DNA of 64,000 bases from Eledone cirrhosa. Taxonomy: Eukaryota. A program made the position numbers and the translations under genes. The notes under the pieces were generated by a model, which saw only the letters and a list, made by a program, of their open reading frames with translations, was not told where the DNA came from and did not search any database. Positions 29,630 to 44,519 of this stretch are shown one piece after another. Location of the stretch: positions 136,276,001 through 136,340,000 of the forward strand of contig OZ024741.1 of assembly GCA_964016885.1 (NCBI GenBank). The letters are read 5' to 3'. How positions within the stretch are numbered: the first letter of the stretch is position 1; the number at the start of each line of letters is the position of its first letter.

Positions 29630-30975
29630 TATATATATATATATATAGTATATATATATATATATAGTATATATATATATATATAGTATATATATATATA
29701 GTATATATATATATATAGTATATATATATAGTATATATATATAGTATATATATATATAGTATATATATATTATATATATATATATATAGTATATATATAT
29801 ATAGTATATATATATATATAGTATATATATATATATAGTATATATATATATATATATATATAGTATATATATATATATAGTATATATATATAGTATATAT
29901 ATATATAGTATATATATAGTATATATATATATATATAGTATATATATATAATATATATAAATATAATATATATATATATATATATATAGTATATATATAT
30001 ATAATATATATATATATAATATATATATATATATAGTATATATATATATATAGTATATATATAGTATTATATATATATATAGCATATGTATATATATGAA
30101 TATATAGTATACATATATATATAGTATATATATATATATATATATAGTATATATATATATGTAGTATATATATATATAGTATATATATATATATATAGTA
30201 TATATATATATATATAGTATATATATATATAGTATATATATATATAGTATATATATATATATAGTATATATATATAGTATATATATATATATAGTATATA
30301 TATATATAGTATATATATATATATAGTATATATATATATAGTATATATATATATATATAGTATATATATATATATATAGTATATATATATATATATAGTA
30401 TATATATATAGTATATATATATACATATATAGTATATATATATATATATAGTATATATATATATATAGTATATATATATATAGTATATATATATATATAG
30501 TATATATATATATTATATATATATATATAGTATATATATATATTATATATATATATAGTATATATATATATATTATATATATATATAGTATATATATATA
30601 GTATATATATATATAATATATATGTATATATAGTATATATATATATAGTATATATATATATAGTATATATATATATATATATAGTATAAATATATAGTAT
30701 ATATATATATATAGTATATATATATATATAGTATATATATATATATATTTTATATATATATATAGTATATATATTTATATATGGTATATATATATATATG
30801 GTATATATATATATTATATATAGTATATATGTATATAGTATATATATATATATATATATAGTTTATATATATATAGTATATATATATAGTATATATATAG
30901 TCTGTATATATATATATAGTATATATATATTCTGTATATATATATAGTATATATATATATATAGTATATATATAG

Positions 30976-31024
<49 letters not shown>

Positions 31025-31438
31025 TATGTATATATATATATAGTATATGTATATATATATATATATATATAGTATATATATATATATATAGATATATATA
31101 TATATATATAGTATATATATATATATATATATATATAGTATATATATATATATAGTATATATATATATAGTATATATATATATATAGTATATATATATAT
31201 ATAGTATATATATATATATAAGGTATATATATATATATGGTATATATATATATATATATATGGTATATATATATATAGTATATATATATATATATAGTAT
31301 ATATATATATATATATATAGTTTATATATATATAGTATATATATATAGTATATATATAGTCTGTATATATATATATGTAGTATATATATAGTCTGTATAT
31401 ATATATATATGGTATATATATATATAGTATATATATAG

Positions 31439-31479
<41 letters not shown>

Positions 31480-32700
31480 TATATATATATATATATAGTA
31501 TATATATATATATATAGTATATATATATATATAGTATATATATATATATAGTATATATATATATAGTATATATATATAGTATATATATATATAGTATATA
31601 TATATTATATATATATATATATAGTATATATATATATAGTATATATATATATATAGTATATATATATATATAGTATATATATATATATATATATATAGTA
31701 TATATATATATATAGTATATATATATAGTATATATATATATAGTATATATATAGTATATATATATATATATAGTATATATATATAATATATATAAATATA
31801 ATATATATATATATATATAGTATATATATATATAATATATATATATATAATATATATATATATATATAGTATATATATATATATAGTATATATATAGTAT
31901 ATATATATATATAGTATATGTATATATATGAATATATAGTATACATATATATATAGTATATATATATATATATATATAGTATATATATATATGTAGTATA
32001 TATATATATAGTATATATATATATATATAGTATATATATATATATATAGTATATATATATATAGTATATATATATATAGTATATATATATATATAGTATA
32101 TATATATAGTATATATATATATATAGTATATATATATATAGTATATATATATATATAGTATATATATATATAGTATATATATATATATATAGTATATATA
32201 TATATATATAGTATATATATATATATATAGTATATATATATAGTATATATATATACATATATAGTATATATATATATATATAGTATATATATATATATAG
32301 TATATATATATATATAGTATATATATATATATAGTATATATATATATTATATATATATATATAGTATATATATATATATTATATATATATATAGTATATA
32401 TATATATATTATATATATATATAGTATATATATATAGTATATATATATATAATATATATGTATATATAGTATATATATATATAGTATATATATATATAGT
32501 ATATATATATATATATATAGTATAAATATATAGTATATATATATATATAGTATATATATATATATAGTATATATATATATAGTATATAAATATATATAGT
32601 ATATATATATATAGTATATATATATATATGGTATATAAAATATAAAAAAAATAATGAATAAAACAATGAAACAGTTCCTTATATTAAACAAAAATAGTTC

Positions 32701-32848
32701 ATTATTTAACGATCGTTTCTAGGATATATATGTGTTAGAATTGGCATGCATATTCAACAGATCTATGTACAAAATTTTACAAAATTATACAAACTATCAA
32801 AATTAAATATACATACCAACACATATATATGCCGTCTTCAGAAATAAT
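32701..32848 (-). ncRNA. Type I hammerhead ribozyme with ~115-nt stem II domain (family G)
   Basis: Sense: ATTATTT CTGAAGA cGGcATATATATGTGTT...AACACATATATATCCta GAAAC-GATC-GTT AAATAAT; in island 32630-32950; 3' half repeated at 48121-48230 (+). Confidence 0.75.
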
Positions 32849-33116
32849 TGAAAGTGATTTTTCATTGCATCTCTTCTTTCCATGATATCCGGATTACATT
32901 GAGTTCTTCATACGGATTGGACACTACCGTAAACTCTTGGTAGATTTATCTATATATAGTATATATATATATATAGTATATATATATATATAGTATATAT
33001 ATAGTATATATATATATAGTATATATATATATATATAGTATATATATATATAGTATATATATATATATATAGATTATATATATATAGTATATATATATAT
33101 AGTATATATATATATA

Positions 33117-33150
<34 letters not shown>

Positions 33151-33210
33151 TATATATATATAATAAATATATATAGTATATATATATATATAGTATATAT
33201 ATATATATAG

Positions 33211-33242
<32 letters not shown>

Positions 33243-33519
33243 ATAATATATATATATAGTATATATATATATAATATATATATATAGTATATATATGGTA
33301 TATATATATATAGTATATATATATAGTATATATATATAGTATATATATATATAGTATATATATATATAGTATATATATATAGTATATATATATAGTATAT
33401 ATATATAGTATATATATATATATAGTATATATATATATATAGTATATATATATAGTATATATATATAGTATATATATATATATAGTATATATATATATAT
33501 ATAGTATATATATATATAT

Positions 33520-33630
33520 GGTCTGTTGGAGATGCAGGATATGGCAGCGATAATGAGGGACAGAGACCGCTGGAGAGAACTCGTCCATGGATCTCGGGAA
33601 TTTTACCCGCCTTAGATAGATAGATAGATA
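33520..33630 (+). mobile_element. Extreme 3' fragment of the RTE element with (ATAG)n tail
   Basis: Reverse complement of 25107-25203 with 2 differences; reads GLLEMQDMAAIMRDRDRWRELVHGSREFYPP* then ATAGATAG. Confidence 0.9.
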
Positions 33631-33899
33631 TATATATATAGTATATATATATATATATAGTGTATATATATATATAGTATATATATAGATAGTATATATA
33701 TATATAGTATATATATATAGTATATATATATATAGTATATATATAGTATATATATATATAGTATATATATATATATAGTATATATATATATATATATGGT
33801 ATATATATATATAGTATATATATAGTATATATATAGTATATATATATATAGTATATATAGTATATATATATATATATAGTATATATTATATATATATAA

Positions 33900-33959
<60 letters not shown>

Positions 33960-33965
<6 letters not shown>

Positions 33966-35508
33966 ATAATAATAAATTTGAAGACTAAAATCCAAAGAGG
34001 GCTCGATAAGGATAAATATATATCACATATATAAGAACCGTAGAGCAAATATTTATTAAAATAACAGATTAAAGTTTAAGCAAAGAATCGCTGCTTTCAC
34101 CCTTAACGGGATCTTCTGAAACTAACAAAGTCAATCTGTAAACGCAGAACTGGATATTTCAAAAAACCTTGCAACCGGGGGAAGACAGGAAGACGATACT
34201 TTGGTTCGTGGTAACGTTCGCTGGCAAAGAACGGGAAAGAACGAATAATACGTCATTAATAGGAGCGGTGAAAAACAATTACGCGCACAGAGAGAACCAC
34301 GTTTATGGTAGAAAAGAGGTCATAGACTAATGTTCCCTTAGGTTGTGCATAGAGACGGTATCTGGCAATGAACGAAAAAACGAAGATAATACGTCATATG
34401 AGGAGCGTGGAGAACAATAGAACGCAAAGACACAACCACGTAAATGGTAAGGCAGAAGTCGTAGACTAAAATTCTAACTAGGAGACGAAATGAATATCCG
34501 CTACAGAGTTAAGAACAAAGTAAATAAATACAATACAGAAGTAATAGAAATAAATAAATACATACACGCAAACAAATACGTACATACACAAGCATACGCG
34601 AAAACTTACCATAGGTATACAAGACCACGCACATATAAATATGTGTGTGTGTGTATGCGTAAATAAATAATTATATAAACGTATATTAAATAAATACGTA
34701 TATAACGAGCGCACACACATACCCACATATAAATACACGAATGTTCGGAGACGTGAAGTACGCATATACACACACCCACCATACGTACGAACCTGCCTAC
34801 TCACACAGACGCAAAACTCCCGTATACACATAGCCAGACCATATGTACCAGAATATATACAGAAAATACGCCATAACAATCAAATATACGTACGAGACGG
34901 TATACTTACCTTCACAAAGCATACGGGTAATATATACATACCTATGCAAATAAGTAAAGGAATAAACAAAACATATACTTAGCTCCCACATCAAGACGTA
35001 AAATTTCCGCGTATAGCTCGTACTATCCGTTAGGGTATAACGTGGGGCTGTAATACAGGAAAGTTTTGTGCAATTTATGTTTACAAGCCGAAATTGCCTC
35101 AGATTTTTTGTTTAAGATGTGGTCTGTGGCGTAGAGTATTTCCAGGGCCTCGGCGGCACAGAGGTCACATGGTCTTTTATTTCCGTTATACGATCTAGCA
35201 CTAGCTAGGATCTCCCAGTGTAACTTATATTAGGTGTGGTTGTCTTTTAGACTCCAGATATAAGCTGAAAGTGACGTCATATTCCTTCTTAGAGGGTAAC
35301 TAATAGAATGGGTATGCATGCAAAGACGCTGCTTGAAACTATTGGCGGTTAACCCTATGTAGGCCCTACGGGACGTGGGTGTTACAACCTTACATTTGTA
35401 GACAATGTTACTAGAGAGGCATATACTATATATATATACTATATATATATATATATACTATATATATATATATACTATATATATGTATATATATACTATA
35501 TATATATA

Positions 35509-35539
<31 letters not shown>

Positions 35540-35768
35540 CTATATATATATTTATATACTATATATATATATATATACAATATATATATATATAGTATAT
35601 ATATATATATATATAGTATATATATATATATATATATATATAGTATATATAGTATATAGTATATATAGTGTATAGTATATATATATATATATAGTATATA
35701 GTATATATATATATATAGTATATATATATAGTATATATACCTATCGTATATAGTATATATAGTATATA

Positions 35769-35802
<34 letters not shown>

Positions 35803-36204
35803 TATATACCTATCGTATATAGTATATATAGTATATAGTATATATATATATATATATATATATAGTATATATACCTATAGTATATATATATATAGTATAT
35901 AGTATATATATATAGTATGTATAGTATATATATATATAGTATATAGTATATATATATATAGTATATATAACTATAGTATATATATAGTATATATAGTATA
36001 TATACCTATAGTATATATATAGTATATAGTATATATATAGTATATAGTATATATATATATATATAGTATATATACCTATAGTATATATATAGTATATGCA
36101 TATATAGTATATATATATATAGTATATATATATATATATAGTATATATATATATAGTATATATAGTATATAGTATATATATATATAGTATATATATATAT
36201 ATAG

Positions 36205-36237
<33 letters not shown>

Positions 36238-36335
36238 ACACGGGGGTTTACGGTTCTTATATATTTGATACATATTTATCCTTATCGAGCCCTCTTTGGA
36301 TTTTAGTCTTCAAATTTATTATTATTACTATAGAA
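33960..36335 (-). mobile_element. Fragmented second copy of the Penelope element
   Basis: 34047-35420 = pLTR + GIY-YIG; 36237-36335 = 5' piece; 33960-34043 = same 5' piece inverted; RT replaced by satellite. Confidence 0.9.
34064..34139 (-). ncRNA. CAGAAGA-core hammerhead-like motif, second copy
   Basis: Identical to 21040-21115. Confidence 0.65.
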
Positions 36336-37804
36336 TATATATATATATATATAGTATATATAGAATATATATATATATATATAGTATATATAGTATATAT
36401 AGTATATATATATAGTATATATATATAGTATATATATATAGTATATATATAGTATATATATATATTATATATGGTATATATAGTATATATAGTATATTTA
36501 TATAGTATATATAGTATATATATAGTATATATAGTATATATATAGTATATATAGTATATATATAGTATATATAGTATATTTATATAGTATATATAGTATA
36601 TATAGAGAGAGATATTATATATATATATATAGTATGTATATATATAGTATATATATATATTGTATATATATAGTATATATATATATAGTATATATATAGT
36701 ATATATATATATAGTATATATATAGTATATATATAGTATATATATAGTATATATATAGTATATATACATATAGTATATATATAGTATATATATATATATA
36801 TATATAGTTTATATATATATATAGTTTATATATATATATATAGTATATATATATATATAGTATATATATAGTATATATATATATATAGCTTATATATATA
36901 TAGTTTATATATATATATAGTATATATATATATAGTTTGTATATATATAGTATATATATAGTATATATATATATATAGCTTATATATATATATAGTTTAT
37001 ATATATAGTATATATATAGTTTATATATATAGTTTATATATATATATAGTAAATATATATATATAGTATATATATATATATAGTTTATATATATATAAAT
37101 TATATATATATAGTATATATATATATAGTATATATATATATATAGTATATATATATAGTATATATATATATATAGTATATATATATATATATAGTATATA
37201 TATATATATAGTATATATATATATAGTATGTTTATATATATATAGTATGTATATATATAGTATATATATATAGTATGTATATATATATATATAGTATGTA
37301 TATATATATATATATAGTATATATATATATATATATATATATAGTATGTATATATATATATAGTATGTATATATATATATATAGTATGTATATATATATA
37401 TAGTATATATATATATATATATATAGTATATATGTATATATATATATAGTATATATATATATATAGTATATATATATATATATATATATATAGTATATAT
37501 ATATATATAGTATATATATATAGTATATATATATAGTATATATATATATAGTATATATATATAGTATATATATATATTGTATATATATATATATAGTATA
37601 TATATATATATAGTATATATATATAGTATATATATATAGTATATATATATATAGTATATATATATATAGTATATATATATATAGTATATATATATATAGT
37701 ATATATATATATATATAATATATATATATATATAGTATATATATATAGTATATATATATATATATAGTATATATATATATATATATATAGTATATATATA
37801 TATA

Positions 37805-37874
<70 letters not shown>

Positions 37875-38603
37875 TATATATATATATATATATAGTATAT
37901 ATTTAAATATATAGTATATGTATATATATATAGTATATATATATATATATAGTATATATATATATATAGTATATATATATATATATAGTATATATATATA
38001 TAGTATATATATATATATATAGTATATATATATATATATAATATATATATATATATATAGTATATATATATATATAGTATATATATATATATATATAGTA
38101 TATATATATATAGTATATAGTATATATATATATAGTATATATATAGTATATAGTATATAGTATATATATATAGTATATATATATAGTATATAGTATATAT
38201 AGATATAGTATATATATATATAGTATATAGTATATAGTTTATATATATAGTATATATATATAGTATATAGTATATATATATAGTATATATATATATAGTA
38301 TATATATATATAGTATATATCTATATATAGTTTATATATATAGTATATAGTATATATATATAGTATATATATAGTATATATATATATAGTATATATATAT
38401 ATATAGTATATATATATAGTATATATATTACAGTATATATATAGTATATAGTATATATATATATAGTATATATATATAGTATATATATATATATGTAGTA
38501 TATATATATAGTATATATATATATATAGTATATATAGTATATATATATATAGTATATATATAGTATATATATATATATTATATATAGTATATATATATAT
38601 ATA

Positions 38604-38637
<34 letters not shown>

Positions 38638-38668
38638 TATATATATATATAGTATATATAGTATATAG

Positions 38669-38757
<89 letters not shown>

Positions 38758-39024
38758 CTTCATATATATATATATATATTTATCTTCATATATATATATT
38801 TATCTTCATAGACTGCCAACGCTTCATGTTTATCCTTATTTTCACTCTTGCTTTTATTTTATTTTATTTTTATCATGTAACACTTTATTTTTATCATGTA
38901 ACACTTTATATGTAAATTGCCATGCTATTTCATTTGATGAATGTCACCCCACTGTTGATCAATATGCACATATGTTTTATGTGTCTCTTGGGTTGAAAAG
39001 GAGGTCAAGCATGTTATAAATAAC

Positions 39025-39071
39025 TGCTCCGAAGAATCCAAACCTCGGTTTGGAGGAAACAATTGTAAGCA
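39025..39071 (+). ncRNA. Minimal type I hammerhead-like motif (family H), core CCGAAGA
   Basis: TGCT CCGAAGA aTCCAAACC-tc-GGTTTGGAg GAAAC-AATT-GTA AGCA. Confidence 0.65.
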
Positions 39072-39191
39072 AATAAATGACTTAAACTGAACTTTGATTA
39101 CTGTAATCTCTCTCTCTCTCTCTCTGTATATATATATATATATATTTATTATGAAAGTAAAACAAAGAAGCCTTAAAGTAAAACAAAGAAG

Positions 39192-39245
39192 CCTTCAATA
39201 CAACAATGTTTCGTCCTATTAAGGACTCATCAGGGCAATTAAAAC
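39192..39245 (-). ncRNA. Hammerhead ribozyme core (family I)
   Basis: Sense: CTGATGA GTCC-ttaata-GGAC GAAAC-ATT-GTT; canonical core and stem II, stem I imperfect; near the 3' end of a ~1.1-kb AT-rich island (39140-40250). Confidence 0.7.
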
Positions 39246-40654
39246 AACAAGAAGTATTATCGGCCAATACAAGCCGAAAACTCCGAAGAATATGGAGTGT
39301 ACATACACTAAAGTATTGCAAGTTTATGGGTAAAAATATATAATAAAAATCTCTAAGGAGGCGTATAACATTTAGAACCATATTACAAATATAGTCCAAA
39401 GCAAAAAAACCTAGAGCTAAACAAAGGTGGTTATATAGAGCGGGAATTATATATAATACTATATAATATAATATAATGTACTTGTAACAATATTAAAATT
39501 ACAATAAAAATTAAAAGGTACAATATACATATGTATATATGTACGAACACGTACGCACATATACACATACATCAATACACATATCCATCTTTAACAGCAC
39601 AAATTAAACCTTATTAAGAGTTTAAATATAAATAATCATGATAGGAATAAAAATAATAATAATAATAATAATACGTATATCTAATATACATGAGGTAATA
39701 ATATGATATGATTATAAGTAGCACATATAATATATAATAAACTATACAATTATATACCATATAATATAATATAATAGTAGATAATCTCCGGTTAATTTAC
39801 ACAAACAATATAGATGTCACAATAATACTATAATAATAATATAATAACATATATAATATACAATATATAATGGCATGCAAGTTAACAAATCAATTCATAT
39901 AGAGTTACAGAGTAGGTGAGAAAAAATATAAATTGTACAATACCCAAAATTATGATGGTACAAAAATATAAACATCTTACATGATATATAAAGTTTAACA
40001 TATCATGTTACATATAATTAATGGTAAGTAATAAGGATCGATAGTACAATAACAAATACAATATAAAATAATTAACATAATATAATATATAATTACTTAT
40101 AATTACAAGGTTGGTAAACAGACATATATGTGGATGAGTGAGTAAGGGCCAGACAGTAAATAGAATGCACAGTAGTATTACAAATAAAATATAAAATAAA
40201 ATAAATAAATAGAATCAACCGGAAATTAAAAAACCAAAAACAAAATATATAGTATATATATATATATAGTATATATATAGTATATATATAGTATATATAT
40301 AGTATATATATATAGTATATATATATATATAATATATATATATATAGTATATATATATATATATATAGTATATATATATATAGTATATATATATATAGTA
40401 TATATATATATAGTATATATATATATATATAGTATATATATATATATAGTATATATATATAGTATATATATATATAGTATATATATATATATATAGTATA
40501 TATATATATATATAGTATATATATATATATATATAGTATATATATATATATATATAGTATATATATAGTATAGTATATATATATATATAGTATAGTATAT
40601 ATATATATATATAGTATATATATATAGTATATATATATATATATATATATATAG

Positions 40655-40696
<42 letters not shown>

Positions 40697-40736
40697 TATT
40701 ATATATATATATAGTATATTATATATATATATTTAA

Positions 40737-40941
40737 GGGCGGTGGATTGGCAGTATCGGTAGAGGGTCAGACACCATGCTTTCCAGCATAGTTACGTCCC
40801 TTTACGATCTGAGTTCAAATCCCGCCGAGGTTGACTTTGCCTTTCATCCTTACGAGGTCGATAAAATAAAGTACCAGTAATGCACTGGTACTTTATTTTT
40901 CAATGATAATTGATGGCCTTGTGCCAAAAGTAGAAACAATT
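40737..40941 (+). mobile_element. tRNA-derived SINE (main family) inserted in the TA satellite
   Basis: Near-consensus copy. Confidence 0.88.
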
Positions 40942-40994
40942 ATATATATTTATATATATATATATATAGTATATTATATATATATATAGTATAT

Positions 40995-41026
<32 letters not shown>

Positions 41027-41461
41027 ATATATATAATATGTATATATATATATAGTATATTATATATAGTATGTATATATATATATAGTATGTATATATA
41101 TATATAGTATATTATATATAGTATGTATATATATATATAGTATATATATATAGTATGTATATATATATATAGTATGTATATATATATATAGTATGTATAT
41201 ATATATAGTATATTATATATAGTATTTATATATATATAGTATATTATATATAGTATGTATATATATATAGTATATTATATATAGTATGTATATATATATA
41301 GTATATTATATATAGTATGTATATATATATAGTATATTATATATAGTATGTATTTATATATATTATATATATATAGTATGTATATTTATATATAATGTGT
41401 GTATATGTATATATATATATATATAGTATGTATATAGGAATATGTATGACCCCATGGGGTC

Positions 41462-41551
41462 ATACTTTTTCCTATTTCCCACTCTACTACCCTAAGTATT
41501 GTACTCTGGTGCGTCATGGTCCATCTGGTTCCTGACCACAATTCCTTCGTT
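41462..41551 (+). mobile_element. Family A 3' fragment
   Basis: CCTATTTCCCACTCTACTACCCTAAGTATTG...CCTTCGT then (TA)n. Confidence 0.75.
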
Positions 41552-41588
41552 ATATATATATATATATATATATATACACCCCCCCCCC

Positions 41589-41622
<34 letters not shown>

Positions 41623-41798
41623 TATATATATAAAGTAGCGAAGCAAGCGGTTATTAAACAATTCTCTAAATAAATTTAAAAATGATTAAATAATCACCTG
41701 TTCAGACGCTGTTACGTTACCGACGGTTTCATCATTCCGAAAGATTGGAATCCAGAGAATTTCCAATGGAAAGAAATGAATCATCCACTTCTATATAT

Positions 41799-41859
<61 letters not shown>

Positions 41860-42008
41860 TATGCAAAAGTTCTTTCTCTCCGTCTTTTTCTAATTGTCCT
41901 TAACACTATGATATATATAAACAACTCACTATCCGGATGGCTTCCAAAAATAATGGTTGCATTTTAATAGGGTACGTCAAAGCTTATTTGTAAAACTGTT
42001 ATATATTG

Positions 42009-42073
42009 TATTTTGTCTGATGAAGGCATACCATAATTTAATTTAGTATCCCTGAAATATGTATAATGAAATA
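42009..42073 (+). ncRNA. Minimal type I hammerhead ribozyme (family B)
   Basis: TATTTTGT CTGATGA AGGcATAC...GTATcCCT GAAA-TATGTA-TA ATGAAATA. Confidence 0.72.
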
Positions 42074-43569
42074 AATATGGTTTTATAAATATAGTTTCCA
42101 TTTATTAATATCGTTTATAAATATATATATATGTAGTTGTTGTTATTATCGTAGTTCAGCTGATAGACAACGTTACCGTGCAGATTTATGATCGAAGGAG
42201 TTTCCTTATCTTTGACAACAACGTTTGTAATTTGATTGAGATAGAGTTGGCTGCTATTTCTAGCAAGACACATTATGCCGCATACGGCTAGTGACGGTCT
42301 CGTTTGTAAAACCTCATTATGACGCCTGATTAGTAATCTTAATATTAATTTGTTTTCTTCATCTCTTCCGAGCAGTTAGTGTCTGATGTTGATTATCTCC
42401 ATGAATCAATGAATATGTAAATAAATTATTAATGTAGAGGTGGCATGCATTTTCTCTTTTGTTCAATCGTTATATCACTTGTATATTTCTTACTCACTCT
42501 CCTCTCCGACGATCTCTAAGCATCATAAACCATTAACCCTACTCGTGTTAGCTTCAAAACCACTATGACTGAATAACAAATTGCAGCTATCTCCTAGAAA
42601 TATCTCTGATATATGGTAGCTGTTGTGGTGATTCGTTAGTTGCTTGGTCAGATGTCAGGGTTGACAATATATTAGAGAGAATAGGAAGGTGACAGAATCG
42701 GGAGAATAACGTATAGGCTGCAGGTGTATAAATACTGAGCGGAGTTGCAAGGAAAGAATTAGAGCGATAGAACATTAAAGAATGATCAACAGGCATTACT
42801 CCGTTCACAAACATTAATATACACATACAAATATTTGTCGTCTGCTGGGTGTTTTTACAAATTTACGTTTTCATTTCACACTTGTGCCGTTCCGTTTGAG
42901 GAATACAGTATGCTTATATGAAAATATATATTTCTTGTCTGATATTGTTTTCTCTCTTTTCTTTATATCTCTACTATTTTTTTTATAATTTGGAGCATTT
43001 GAGTAAGAGCAAATTCAATAATCGTGTTTAGATTTAGCCAAATGCAGACATGGAGAATTTGTTTACTTTTATTAAGTTTCATAAAATTATTTATTATATA
43101 TATATATATATATATAATTTAATCATGTTAGCAGTGGTGCTAATTGTATACACTCGAAATTACCCGTCATGAGGTAACACACTAGTATAATCATAGTAGT
43201 GGTTTTAGCCATGTACACGGGAGAAACAAAACACAATACGTTGATAGTGATGTATGAATTATTTTCTTACAGCACTTCATTCACTTTTCAAACTAATATT
43301 CAAAACTACATTAAACATGAGACGACTGGCTCTCGGGCCAACGGTATCGATTCTCACTTATAAAAACATAAATCATATGCACATATGTAAACTAGCATAG
43401 AAAATTGTATTAAACACGAAACCCCTGGCTCTCAGGCCACCGATAAATATTTGTAGGTATAAGATAATTTAGCCTACTTCAGATACATCAGATACATATT
43501 GCTATGTGATTGATAAATGATGTTCACACCCTCTGATACGAACAAATAAGAGTTGAAAAATGATGTTGC

Positions 43570-43850
43570 AGTTGTTTGAACAGCCCGCTCGTGAAATTAA
43601 CTTGCAACGAGTTGAGCATTCTAGATATATATACCTTCTTAACATAGATCTCAGGGAGAATCAATGTGTCAATGAGTGACAACGCTGACCATTTGAATTA
43701 CAAGCACAAATAAGTCTTGTTATCTGAGTGGAATGGGATAATGAAAAATAAAGTGTCTTGCTCAAGAACAGAACGAGCTACCGGCATTCAAACCTGCTAC
43801 CTTGCTAACGTGAAGGGAACAACCTAACCGTTAACTCACGCGCCTCTACT
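43570..43850 (-). mobile_element. Degenerate SINE (second family)
   Basis: AAATAAAGTGTCTTGCTCAAG and tail GCTCGTGAAATTAAC, homologous to 15391 head and 3515-4170 tail. Confidence 0.6.
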
Positions 43851-44476
43851 AAGTGAAAATAGATATTTCTGTATCAGCTGATTAGGTCAGACCATATGGA
43901 GCGGCTCGTTCCATGATCTATAACGTATAGACATTATGTGACAAGTGTCTGGAAATACTTCTTCCTCTCCATTGTTCTGGAAACGATTTACTGCTATTTG
44001 TGTCAACCAATATAAAGCGGTGAATACCTAAAAATATGTTCCAAAGAATAAAATTCTAATAAACTATAACCATTCAAACAACAGGAATCGCTTGACGGTG
44101 TTTTCGATAATAAAAGTCTTCAAAACTATTGCACGATAATATATAATAAGCTAGACGGATTCTGATAACCATGACAATGATATATTTGTAATCTTATTTC
44201 TTCCTGATCTGTAAAGTGCAGTTTAGGCTGTTCAGCTCACGATCGGAATGGTTTTAAATTCGAATACCGGCTGTGCATTCTTGAGCAAGGTACTTTATTT
44301 CACGTTACTTCAGTCACGTCAGCTGACAACGGTAAGTTGTAAAATGAGTGTGACATGTTCAATCTCCTTGATAATTAGGTTAGTCACTTACATATTCAAA
44401 TTCATGAGCAGTCATTTCAGTTAAACAAACAACCAGAACACTGTTCGCTGGAACCGACCGAGGCGCACCCACCCCT

Positions 44477-44519
<43 letters not shown>

